A stretch of 64,000 bases of DNA. Origin: an uncultured Planctomycetota bacterium (GTDB taxonomy: Bacteria > Planctomycetota > Planctomycetia > Isosphaerales > Isosphaeraceae). Every line of letters begins with the position of its first letter. Within the stretch, counting starts at the first letter, position 1. The notes below the pieces were generated by a model. It was not told where the DNA came from. It did no database searches and saw nothing but the letters and a program-made list of their open reading frames with translations. Location: NCBI GenBank assembly GCA_963823665.1, contig CAWGMQ010000008.1:992001-1056000 (forward strand), given 5' to 3'. Below are positions 44,998 through 55,400 of this stretch, one piece after another. A program made the translations under genes and the position numbers.

Positions 44998-45787
44998 GCA
45001 ATGCCCGCGTGTAGGCGACGCGCAGACCGCGGCGCTCGGCGTTGCGCTGGGAAGTGCTGCCGGGTTGGGCGCCTTGAGCGGCCAGGTCGCAGCCGTGGCG
45101 CCGGGCATGAGCCAGTCGGGCGTGGTAAAGTGCGGCGTGGACCCCTCGATTGCGAAAAGGAGGGAGCGTCGCGGCGCCGGCGAGGAGGGCCAGTCCGCGG
45201 TGCAAGATCACCGCGCCACCCCCGGCTGGCTGTCCATCGATCCAGGCGAGAAACGATACGGCCAGTTCCACACCGACCATCGTGAGCGCCATGTCGATCA
45301 TCTCGTCGACCGGTTCACCGGGCGCGACGAAGTTCGGCCCCACAACTCGCGCGTAGAGATCGCCCTCGTCGGGACCGATCGGACGGACTTCGATGCCCGG
45401 AGTGCTTGCGGTCTCGGCATTGCTCGCATCCAGCGGCATGGCCAGTATGTTCTCGAAATGAGAGAGCCGATAACCGCGGCGGCCGAGCCCTTCCACCAGT
45501 GACGGATCGGCCAGCGGGCACACAACGACTCGCGACGGTTCTCCGCGGCTGAAAAACACGTTTTCCATCCGGTCGAGATCCACGTCGCTCACCGGGCCTT
45601 GCAGGCCCACCGCCTTGATTTCCGAGAGTGGCGAGCCGGCGCCGGCAAACACTGCCACGCCTCCGGCGATTTCCTTCACGGCGATGTCGACACCGGGCCG
45701 CCGCTGCGCCAGCCGCCGGATGTAGGCGGCCGACGCGAACGCCTCGACTTCCTCGAGCCGCTGTGCGAGGTTCACATCGGTGAACAT
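44972..45787 (-). CDS. GNAT family N-acetyltransferase
   Basis: AATLPPFRNRGVHAAL..GSTSQRNAERRG. Confidence 0.88.
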   Translation of the reverse strand: MFTDVNLAQRLEEVEAFASAAYIRRLAQRRPGVDIAVKEIAGGVAVFAGAGSPLSEIKAVGLQGPVSDVDLDRMENVFFSRGEPSRVVVCPLADPSLVEGLGRRGYRLSHFENILAMPLDASNAETASTPGIEVRPIGPDEGDLYARVVGPNFVAPGEPVDEMIDMALTMVGVELAVSFLAWIDGQPAGGGAVILHRGLALLAGAATLPPFRNRGVHAALYHARLAHARRHGCDLAAQGAQPGSTSQRNAERRGLRVAYTRALLIREPSLA

Positions 45788-45884
45788 TGCTTCAAAGTCC
45801 TCCTGTCGGTACGATCACTTCCACCGCGCGGGCATTCATCTTACCGGACGCGTCGTCGTTCGGTGAGCTTCCGGACTCTCGAAC

Positions 45885-46082
45885 ATGGATCGCGACACGC
45901 TCAACGTGCTCATGTTCAGCTTCGTGGGCTTGATTGTGCTCGCGGTGCTGATCATCGAGCCGATCTTGTGGGTGATCAAATTGACCAGCTCCAGGCGGAA
46001 TGACGACGGGAGCGTGCGGGAGCCGTGGAAGACAGCGCAAGCGATCAATGAAGACGAGTGGGAAGAGGAAGAAGAACTTTGA
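45885..46082 (+). CDS. Small single-TM protein with acidic tail
   Basis: 65 aa; one long hydrophobic helix; C-terminus EDEWEEEEEL. Confidence 0.6.
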   Translation: MDRDTLNVLMFSFVGLIVLAVLIIEPILWVIKLTSSRRNDDGSVREPWKTAQAINEDEWEEEEEL

Positions 46083-46150
46083 TCGCGAGTTCGTGTGAGG
46101 ATTTCCATTTGAGTAGAGCGGATGATTTATTTACTAACAGGATTCTAACG

Positions 46151-46585
46151 ATGCGATCTTTGACAGCATCATGCGTTCTGTGTGCAATCGCCTTGCTGGC
46201 CGCTGATGACGCGAAGAAAGAGAAGACCAAGCTGAAGGGCAAATGGACGGCTGTCTCCGTCAAAGTGGCCGGCCGGGCCGCGGCTGAGGGTGATATGAAA
46301 CGCTTCAAGTTCACGTTCGAAGAGACGACTTTCACCCACGTCGTGCGCGAGAATGTTCTTGAGGGGGAATACAGCTTCGACGACTCCAAGTCGCCCAAGA
46401 CGATCGACTTCGACATCAAGAAGGGACACGAAGAGGGAAAGAAGCAGCTCGCAATCTTCAAGATCGAGGGCGACAAGCTGACGATCGTTGCCGCGATGCC
46501 GGGAGAGAAAGACCGGCCCACGTCGTTCAAGCTGGAAGAAGGCAATAACCTGATCGAAGGGGTTTTCGAGCGCGATAAGCCCTGA
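46151..46585 (+). CDS. TIGR03067 (Planctomycete) domain protein
   Basis: Signal peptide; LKGKW..D-x-SKSPKTID..GK-x3-AI-x-KIEGD-x-L..RPTSF. Confidence 0.9.
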   Translation: MRSLTASCVLCAIALLAADDAKKEKTKLKGKWTAVSVKVAGRAAAEGDMKRFKFTFEETTFTHVVRENVLEGEYSFDDSKSPKTIDFDIKKGHEEGKKQLAIFKIEGDKLTIVAAMPGEKDRPTSFKLEEGNNLIEGVFERDKP

Positions 46586-46602
46586 CACCGCGGAGCGCAT
46601 CG

Positions 46603-47983
46603 ATGGCGATCACCTTTGTTTGTGTTTGCGGAAAGAGCTTACACGCGAAGGACGAGCTGGCCGGTAAGAAGACCCGATGTCTGGGCTGTGGCTCGATCTT
46701 GACGATCCCCGCGCCGGAACCGGCGCCAGTCGATGACGTCGTCGTCGCCGACTACCTTCTCCAAGGCGAAGGCAACGCGCCGCGCTCAGGCCTCGCTCGG
46801 AGCGACTCCCTCGAGCCCGCCTCGAGCGCGCCGGTCTTTCACTCCATTTCGGCTGCTCCGGCTCGTGGAAAGCCGGAGAGTAACCCCGCTCACCATCCAA
46901 CCATCACGCGCGGTAGAGACGTGGAACCGGCAGCCGGATCGCTCCACGAATACTCGTACTGGCTGCTCCTCTTCGCGCTCATCCCCCTGGGCTTCTCGCT
47001 CTTGAGCGCAGAGGAGCAGAGCTTCGTCGAGCGTCTCAAGGCAACCGTGGAAAACGTGGCGCCCGAACAGGCCCAGCGGATCGAGGCTGTGCTCGCCAGG
47101 GGAGAGCAGCTCACAAAAGACGAGTTGTTCGCGGTCTTGCCCGAGGGAAAACTCGTTGGTGCGCACCTGCCGCAGTCCACCGTCATGCACTGGGTTTATG
47201 CGGCGGTGGCCGTGACGGGCTTCTTGCTCCTGATCCTTCTGATGTTCTCGGTGGAGCGAGCCAATCCGCTGCATCTACTTGGGATTGGTCTTTTTACTGG
47301 AACCGCCGGAATCATCTTCCTGTTCGCCGTGCAGTTCTGCGCAGATCGACATCCGGTCGATCCGGGCCCGGGGCTGGTTCGGGTTGATCCTTCTCATCCT
47401 GGCGCTCATCGGTTTGTCGTATCGCTCGGCGCTCAATCCCGACACCAACCTGATGCTCTCCGCCATCGGGTTCACTTTCGGCGTGGGGCTCTGCGAAGAG
47501 CTGACGAAAGCAATCCCGCTGCTATTCTACTACAAGCAATTCGCCACGATGGGATGGCGCGGCGCGTGCCTGTGGGGCCTTGCCTCGGGAATCGGGTTCG
47601 GAGTGTCCGAAGGCATCATGTACTCGGCCAGCTCGTACAACGGGATCAGCGGCGCAGGGATCTACGTGGTGCGCTTCGTTTCCTGCGTGGCGCTGCACGC
47701 GATGTGGGCGGGATCGGTTGGAATCACCATCGCGCGGACGGTCGATGCCTACGAATCCGTGCAGGACGGACTCGGATTCGGCCTCTACGCCGTGCGTGTG
47801 CTCGCCGTGCCGATGGCTTTGCACGGATTCTACGACACGCTTCTGAAGAAGGACATGAATGTCTGGGCGCTCTTGGTGGCGCTGGCGTCCTTCGGCTGGT
47901 TTGCCTTGCAAATCGAACGGGCGCGCGGCGCCATGCCCGAGGGCGGGCTCGGGGCGAAGCGACGGCGAATGGCGGCAGCGTGA
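46603..47983 (+). CDS. prsW: PrsW-family intramembrane metalloprotease with N-terminal Zn ribbon (frameshift near 47345)
   Basis: C-x-CGK..C-x2-CG at the N-terminus; protease motifs GLCEELTK, GIGFGVSEG, LHAMW and LHGFYD. Confidence 0.87.
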
Positions 47984-47997
47984 GAGCCGGAACAGAA

Positions 47998-48561
47998 ATG
48001 AATGAACCTCCGCCGGAAGGCGGCTTCTTTCCCCTGGTCTACGACGAGCTGCGGCGGCTTGCCGCGGCCAAGCTGGCGGGTGAGCCGGCCGGGCACACGC
48101 TCGACGCCACGGCCCTCGTTCACGAAGCCTACCTCCGCCTGGGGGGTGCGGCGTTCGCCGATCAGCGCGAATTTCTGCGCGCCGCTGCCGTTGCCATGCA
48201 GCGTATTCTGGTCGATCATGCCCGGCGGAAGCGCGCCGCCAAGCGCGGCGGACTCGCCACCCAGTTCACGCTGCATGAAGCCGATCGGCCGGTCATCTCC
48301 GACCCCGACACGCTCCTGGACATCGACGCCGCGCTGAGCAAGCTGGCCGCGGAAGACGCCGCGTCTGCCGACGTCGCTCGCTTCCGATTGTTTGCAGGCC
48401 TCTCGATCGACGAGGCCGCGGCGGCGCTGGGGCTCTCTCGCGCCACCGCATTTCGCGAATGGGCCTACGCCCGCTCCTGGCTCACTGCGGCACTGAACAC
48501 GCTTGAAAAAGAACGGAACGACTCTCAACCTGGGGAAGCCGCGGCCGGGCGAGAGTTGTGA
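47998..48561 (+). CDS. ECF sigma factor, TIGR02999 type
   Basis: PLVYDELRRLA, HTLDATALVHEAYLRL, ILVDHARRK-x-AAKRGG and REWAYARSWL. The ORF track fuses it to PrsW only because of the upstream frameshift. Confidence 0.92.
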   Translation: MNEPPPEGGFFPLVYDELRRLAAAKLAGEPAGHTLDATALVHEAYLRLGGAAFADQREFLRAAAVAMQRILVDHARRKRAAKRGGLATQFTLHEADRPVISDPDTLLDIDAALSKLAAEDAASADVARFRLFAGLSIDEAAAALGLSRATAFREWAYARSWLTAALNTLEKERNDSQPGEAAAGREL

Positions 48562-48648
48562 CGCACCGACGCGAATGGAACTGGATTGCGCGGCACGCGC
48601 CGGTTAAGATCGGCCTGGGATTCCCGCATACTTCAGGACGCGCTCTTG

Positions 48649-49751
48649 ATGAAGATCACCCGCATTCGGGCTTATCGTGTCGAGCTACCGCTGCACGAGG
48701 GGAGCTACAAGTGGTCCGGGGGGAAATCCGTCACGGTTTTCGACAGCACCGTCGTTGCGGTCGAGACCGACGAAGGGCTCACGGGGTATGGCGAAGTGTG
48801 TCCGCTCGGTCCGTTCTACCTGCCGGCCTATGCGGCCGGGCGCGGGCGGGCATCGCCGAGCTCGGGCCGCACCTCTTGGGCGAAGACCCGCGGCAGCTCG
48901 GCCGGCTCAACCGCAGCATGGACGCCGCCTTGCAGGGCCACGCGTACGTCAAGTCGGCCATCGATATGGCCTGCTGGGATATCCTCGGCAAGGCCACCGG
49001 CCAACCCGTCTGCGTGCTCCTGGGGGGGCGATATGGTGACGACTTCGTCCTTTATCGCGCGATCTCGCAAGAAGCGCCCGAGGTGATGGCGCATCGCGTC
49101 GAGGGATATCGCTCCCAGGGCTACCGCCGCTTTCAGCTCAAGGTGGGCGGCGACCCGCTGGACGATATCGCTCGCATCCGCGCTGTGTCTGCCGAGCTCG
49201 AGCCGGGCGACGTCCTGGTTGCCGACGCCAACACAGGATGGTTGATGCACGACGCATTGCGGGTTGTCCGCGCGGTGCGAGACATCGACGTCTACATCGA
49301 ACAGCCCTGCCGCACCTACGACGAATGCCTGACCGTCCGGCGCCACTGCGACCATCCGTTCGTGCTCGACGAGGTGATCGACTCGCTCGAGCCGCTCTTG
49401 CGCGGGCACGCGGATCGCGCGATGGATGTGGTGAACATCAAGATCAGCAAGTTCGGCGGGTTGACCAGGGCCCGCCAGGCTCGCGACCTGTGTGCCTCGC
49501 TCGGCATTGCCATGACGATCGAGGATAGCTGGGGGGGCGACATCGTGACGGCCGCGATCTCTCATCTGGCCCACAGCACACCGCACGAGCTTCTCTTCAC
49601 GTCGACGGACTTCAACAGTTATGTGACCGTCAGCACGGCCCGCGGCGCACCCGAGAGGAACGACGGCCGGATGTCGGCGTCCACCACGCCGGGCCTGGGC
49701 GTCGAGCCGATCTGGGATGTGCTGGGCGAGCCAAAGCTGGTGGTGGAATGA
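48649..49751 (+). CDS. Mandelate racemase/enolase-superfamily enzyme, hydroxyproline dehydratase/epimerase-like (frameshift near 48840)
   Basis: [17 protein letters not shown], QLKVG, DAN, EQP, LDE, KISKFGG and EDSWGG. Confidence 0.87.
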
Positions 49752-49776
49752 CCCGCACAACGAGGAGCCTTCGCCC

Positions 49777-52104
49777 ATGAGCCGGTCGACGCGAGTGGTT
49801 GTTTTCTTCTTGACGGCGGCCATTTCCGCATTGACTGCCGCACCTTCATCCGCGCAGGAGAAGGGTCCTGGCGATGCGGCGCGATTGACCGTTCAGCGGA
49901 TCTTCGGCACCGGCGAATTCGAGCCCGAGCACGTGGCGATCCGCTGGCTCTCCGACGGTTCGGCTTACGTCACGCTCGAGCCATCGAGCGAGGGCTCAGG
50001 CGGCAGGGACCTGGTCAGCCACGACCCGGCGACCGGGGAGACTCGCGTGCTCGTTTCCGCAGCCGAGCTGATTCCGCCGAAGGAGTCGTCTCCGCTTGGC
50101 GTCGAAGACTATGCGTTTTCGAGCGATCGGTCGCGGCTGCTCGTTTTCACGAAGAGCAAGCGTGTCTGGCGAACGAATTCACGCGGGGACTTCTGGGTGC
50201 TGGACCGGGCCGCCCGCGAGCTGCGCAAGCTGGGCGGCGACGCTGCGCCTTCCTCGCTCATGCATGCCAAGTTCGCCCCGAGCGGAACGCAGGTGGCCTA
50301 CGTGCGCGAAAACAACATTTACGCAGAGGACCTGATCGACGGCCGGATCACCAAGCTGACGACTTCGCTTTCGAACGACGACATCAACGGCACATTCGAT
50401 TGGGTTTATGAAGAAGAGTTCGGTCTGCGCGATGGGTTCCGCTTCAGTCCGGATGGCAAGTCGATCGCCTACTGGCAACTGGACACGCGCGGCGTGCCGG
50501 ATTTTCCGCTCGTCAACAACACCGACAGCCTCTACCCGCGGATCACGAACGTGAAGTACCCCAAAGTCGGTGAGAAAAACGCGGCCTGCCGGGTGGGTGT
50601 TGTGGCAGCAAGCGGCGGGGAAACCGTCTGGATCGATGTCCCCGGCGATTCGCGTGATAACTACATCGCCTATCTCGAATGGACTCCTGATGGCAAGCAG
50701 CTCGTTCTTCAGCAACTCAACCGCCACCAGAATACGGTCCGCGTCATGGCCGCGAGCATTGCCAAGTCCCAGGACGTCAACAGCGATGGAAGCGTTCGCG
50801 CTCGCACGATCCTCGAGGATCACGATGACGCCTGGATCGATCTTCAGGACGAGCTCCCATGGGTTCACGACGGGCGAGAGTTCTTGTGGCAGAGCGAGCG
50901 CGACGGCTGGCGGCATCTCTATCGCGCGAGCCGGGCCGGGTCCACCACGGCGGCGAGCGCAGTGCGGCTGGTCACGCCCGGCGATTTCGACGTGATCGGG
51001 ATCGCGGGCGTGGACAAGGTTTCCGACTCCGTTTACTTCACGGCGTCTCCCAAGAATGCCACCCAGCGCTATCTCTACCGAGTGAAGCTCGACGGGACCG
51101 GAATGACGCGAGTCTCTCCCGACGGACAACCCGGCACGCATGACGTCCAGCTCTCGCCGGACGCGAAATGGGCGATTGATCGCTATTCGGCGTTTGACGT
51201 TGTTCCGAAAACGGCTCTCGTGCGCCTGCCCGAACACAAAACTGTTCGCATTCTTGCGGAGAACAAAGGCCTGCAAGCCAAGCTGGAAAAGCTGGAACAG
51301 GGCCGGACGGAGTTCTTCGGTGTCGATATCGGGAAGGGTGTGATGCTCGACGGGTGGTGCATCCTGCCGCCAAAGTTCGATAAGGAGGCGAAGTATCCGC
51401 TGCTGGTGCACGTCTATGGCGAGCCGGCGGGCCAGACGGTTCTGGACCGCTGGGGAGGGTCGAATCACCTGTGGCACCGGATGCTGGCCCAGAACGGCTA
51501 TGTCGTGATGAGCTTCGACAATCGCGGCACGCCGGCGCCTCGCGGCCGGGCTTGGCGAAAGTCGGTGTTCCACCAGATCGGGATACTCGCGCCCGAGGAC
51601 CAGGCCGCGGCGGTGCGGAGCGTGCTTCGGAAGCTCCCGTATATCGACAAGGACCGCATCGGCATCTGGGGCTGGAGCGGAGGCGGGTCGATGACCTTGA
51701 ATGCGATCTTCAAGTTCCCCGACCTTTACAAGACGGGTATTTCCATCGCGCCGGTCGCCAACCAGCGGTACTACGACACGATCTACCAGGAGCGGTACAT
51801 GGGCTTGCCGGGCGACAACGTCGAGGGGTTCCGCCGGGGTTCACCCATCAACTACGCCCATCAGCTCAAGGGCAACCTACTCTTGATTCACGGGACCGGA
51901 GACGACAACTGCCATTATCAAGGAACCGAGGCACTGATCAACGAGCTGATCCGGCACAACAAACCGTTCACGATGATGGCCTACCCCAATCGCTCGCACG
52001 GCATCTATGAGGGCCAGAACACGACATTGCACCTGCGCGAGCTGATGACGCGCTATCTCAAACAGAACCTCCCGCCAGGTCCGAAGACGGGCGCAGAGCC
52101 GTGA
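49777..52104 (+). CDS. S9B dipeptidyl-peptidase IV family protein
   Basis: Signal peptide; DWVYEEE, GIWGWSGGG, HGTGDDNCH and YPNRSH (catalytic triad present). Confidence 0.95.
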   Translation: MSRSTRVVVFFLTAAISALTAAPSSAQEKGPGDAARLTVQRIFGTGEFEPEHVAIRWLSDGSAYVTLEPSSEGSGGRDLVSHDPATGETRVLVSAAELIPPKESSPLGVEDYAFSSDRSRLLVFTKSKRVWRTNSRGDFWVLDRAARELRKLGGDAAPSSLMHAKFAPSGTQVAYVRENNIYAEDLIDGRITKLTTSLSNDDINGTFDWVYEEEFGLRDGFRFSPDGKSIAYWQLDTRGVPDFPLVNNTDSLYPRITNVKYPKVGEKNAACRVGVVAASGGETVWIDVPGDSRDNYIAYLEWTPDGKQLVLQQLNRHQNTVRVMAASIAKSQDVNSDGSVRARTILEDHDDAWIDLQDELPWVHDGREFLWQSERDGWRHLYRASRAGSTTAASAVRLVTPGDFDVIGIAGVDKVSDSVYFTASPKNATQRYLYRVKLDGTGMTRVSPDGQPGTHDVQLSPDAKWAIDRYSAFDVVPKTALVRLPEHKTVRILAENKGLQAKLEKLEQGRTEFFGVDIGKGVMLDGWCILPPKFDKEAKYPLLVHVYGEPAGQTVLDRWGGSNHLWHRMLAQNGYVVMSFDNRGTPAPRGRAWRKSVFHQIGILAPEDQAAAVRSVLRKLPYIDKDRIGIWGWSGGGSMTLNAIFKFPDLYKTGISIAPVANQRYYDTIYQERYMGLPGDNVEGFRRGSPINYAHQLKGNLLLIHGTGDDNCHYQGTEALINELIRHNKPFTMMAYPNRSHGIYEGQNTTLHLRELMTRYLKQNLPPGPKTGAEP

Positions 52105-52415
52105 CGTTGCAGTCGGACAACGGGCCGGTTGTACTGCCTTTTCCGGAAGTGAGAAGCAGCATTTGGACAATTTGCGCGCCCTTTCGGCGCGCAACGGCGC
52201 CTATGGTGCAGGATCCACACGCTTTCGCAGAACGAAAGCCGAGTCTCGGACGTCGGAGGCCCCGCTCGCCCGTAATCGCGAAAGGCTGTTCAGCAGCGCA
52301 GGCCGGTGGGGCAAATCGAGAGCCAGATAACTCGACTGTCATCCGTCCGAGTGCTAGTATAGATGTCACGCATCCACACATCGCATCATTCGTTCTTCTC
52401 GGACAAGGACTTGTC

Positions 52416-55400
52416 ATGAGGAAAGCCTCGCTCGCGATCAGGCGTTCCAGAACCCGCGTTCTTCGTGCCGGGCGGAACCGGCTCTCGCTGGAACGGCTCG
52501 AGGCTCGCGAGCTGCTCACCACGTACAGCGTGACCAACACGAACGACGACACGAATATGGGCTCGCTACGCTGGGCGATCACCCAGGTCGACAGTGACTC
52601 AAGCCCGGATATCATCAAGTTCAGTATTCCCGACACGGGAGTCCAGACCATCAAGCTGGGCTCGCCGCTGCCGCAGATCACCAATACCGTGTTCATCTAC
52701 GGCGAGTCGCAGCCGCTTTACGCCAGCTCACCGCTGATTGCGATCGATGCGTCAAGCCTTTCGGCGGCAGATGCGGTTCTCTGGGATACGGCTGCATCGA
52801 GCACGATAAACGGGCTCGCCATCGGCGGATGCCCCGGCACCGGGATCTTGCTGACCGGCGGCGGAGGGAGCCTGATCCAGGGCTGTTATGTCGGAACGAT
52901 CGATGGAACGGACCCCGACCCCGACGGGTCGGGCATCGACATCTTCGGGTCGAGCGGCAATACAATCGGCGGAGGCTTCGGCTCCTATTTCCCGAACGTC
53001 ATTTCGGGCAACACGAATCAGGGCATTGCCATCGGCGACGCGATCGAGACCGACAATAATGTGGTCGAAGGCAATGGCATCGGGGTGACTGCCGACGGGA
53101 GCACCGGGCTCGGCAACGGCGCGGGGGGGATCCTTCTGGATCATGCCTCCCACAGCACGATCAGCGGCAACGTGATCTCGGGCAACACCGGCGATGGCAT
53201 CCTGATTCAGCAGGTGAACGGAGCCTCGACTGCGAACCTGATCTCCAACAATCAGATCGGCACCGATTCAGGCGGGAGCACGGCCATCCCGAATACACTG
53301 AACGGAATTCATCTCAAGGGAGTGACCGGCACCACGATCAACGGGAATCTGCTCTCGGGCAACGGCGGCTCCGGCATCGTACTCGACGTGGGGACGACGG
53401 GCACGCTCATCCAGTCCAACACGATCGGCGCCGATGTGAAGGGTAAACAGCACCTGGCCAACACGATGAATGGGATCGATGCGGAGAGCTCGTCCGGAAT
53501 CACAATCGGCGGAGCTTCGAGCGGGCAGGGCAACCTGATTTCAGGGAACACGCAGAACGGCATCTATCTCGCGGCTGGGTTCACCGACCCGGACGATTCC
53601 GGAGTAGTGATCCAGGGCAACATCATCGGCCTCTCGGTGGATGGTACGGTGCCACTGGGGAACGGCGATAACGGCATCTGGCAGAATGGCTCCGACGGCA
53701 CAACGATCGGCGGGACGACCGCGCTGGAACGAAACATCATCTCGGGCAATTCGGCAGACGGCATTTCTCTGGGCACCGGTAATGATGCGCTCGTGGAGGG
53801 CAACTACATCGGCACCGATGCGACGGGGAAAGTGGCGCTGGGCAACGGCGTCGGCCTGGACTTCACGAATTCCTCGTATGCCACGATCGGGGGCACAGTC
53901 AAGGGCGCGGGCAACCTCATCTCGGGCAATAACGCAAGCGGTATTGATTGTTTCGTGATCGGCTCGACGGCAGAGCTCATCGAGGGCAACCTGGTCGGGG
54001 TGGATGTCACCGGGGTTGTCGCGCTGCCGAACAAGACGAGCGGCATCCGGATCGCCGGCCCGACGAACTGCACGATCGGGGGCACAATTGCCGCGGCAGC
54101 CAACGTGATCTCGGGCAATGGCGGCGACGGCGTGAACCTCGTTCCCAACGCGAGCAGCGGGTTGCTCATTCTGGGCAACTACATCGGAACCGACTCCGCC
54201 GCCGACAATCTCGGCAACCAGGGCGACGGCGTGGATATTGCCTCTGACAGCGTCACGATCGGCGGCACTACGATCGGGGCGGGCAACGTGATCGCCGACA
54301 ACGGGATCTCGGGGATCCTGATCGACGGCAACTTCGATCACAATGCCATCCTTACCAACTCGATCTACGGCAACGCCAACCTGGGGATCAACCTGGGCAA
54401 CGGCCCGACGCTCAACCATCCGGACGAACAAGGCTTCACGATTCCGGCCCCGAACGACTACCAGAACTATCCGGTCTTGACGTCGGCGTCTTCGACTGCA
54501 AGCTCGACCGAGATCGTGGGCACGCTCAACGCCGCGGCCAGTACCACCTATCTCATCCAGTTCTTCGCGAATTCGAGCGCAGACCCTTCGGGGTATGGAC
54601 AGGGCCAGCTCTATCTCGGCAGCGCGATGGTGAAGACCGGAGCCGACAACAACGCGAACATCGACGCGATGCTCGGCACCGTTGTCCCGAACGCGTGGCT
54701 CGTCTCGGCCACGGCGACGGACCCCCTGGGCAACACATCCGAGTTTTCATCGGACATCACGCCGACGCCTAGCGCCGACGTGGGAGTCACCATCAGCACG
54801 TCGCCCGCGACGACGGCGTATGCGGGCAGCCCATTGACGTACACAGTAACGGTCACGGACGCCGGGCCGGACAATGCCCAGGGCGTTACCGTGGTCGATA
54901 CCCTCCCGCAGAACATCGGCCCGAACGTGGCGGCGATCACGTCGGTCACCGGCGTGACGCCCACCATTTCCGGGAATACAGTGACCGCGATCTTCGGAGG
55001 GGTCATCAAGGACAACTCGCCCACGCTCACCATCACTGTCTACCCGACAATCGCGGCGGTACCGCAGATCACGGACCAGGCCACGGTTACGAGCCAGGGC
55101 TCCGACGACCTGAACCCGAATAACAACACCGCATCCGTGACCACACCTGTGGATCCCTCGGCCGACCTGTCGCTCTCACTCGGGGGCAGCGCGAACACGG
55201 TCAATGTCGGCGATACGCTCACGTATACGCTGACGGCGAACAACGCGGGGCCGTCGACCGCGGCCGATGTGGTTGTGACGGACGTACTACCGCTCAACAT
55301 CACATCAAATATAACGGCCGTTACATCGATTACGGGTGTGACGCCGACGATCGCGAGCGGCCAGGTGACGGCCGATCTGGGCTCGCTCGCCTCCGGTGCG

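Noticed and set aside
46603..48561. 652-aa PrsW-sigma fusion protein
   Set aside because: It arises from a frameshift near 47345. The PrsW catalytic motifs lie in another frame ending at 47983, and the sigma has its own ATG.
8209..49751. Programmed frameshifting or phase variation explaining the split genes
   Set aside because: Breaks are numerous, in unrelated genes, and lack slippery heptamers or long SSRs; sequencing indels are more parsimonious.
50179..51573. Long antisense ORFs (e.g. 464 aa opposite DPP IV, 324 aa opposite the transposase)
   Set aside because: Shadow ORFs expected in high-GC coding DNA; no motifs.
52172..52194. Hairpin TTGCGCGCC-ctttc-GGCGCGCAA as a c-di-GMP riboswitch or terminator
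   Set aside because: The GAAA loop is on the wrong strand for the downstream gene, other riboswitch elements are absent and there is no U-tract; only a 9-bp stem is supported.
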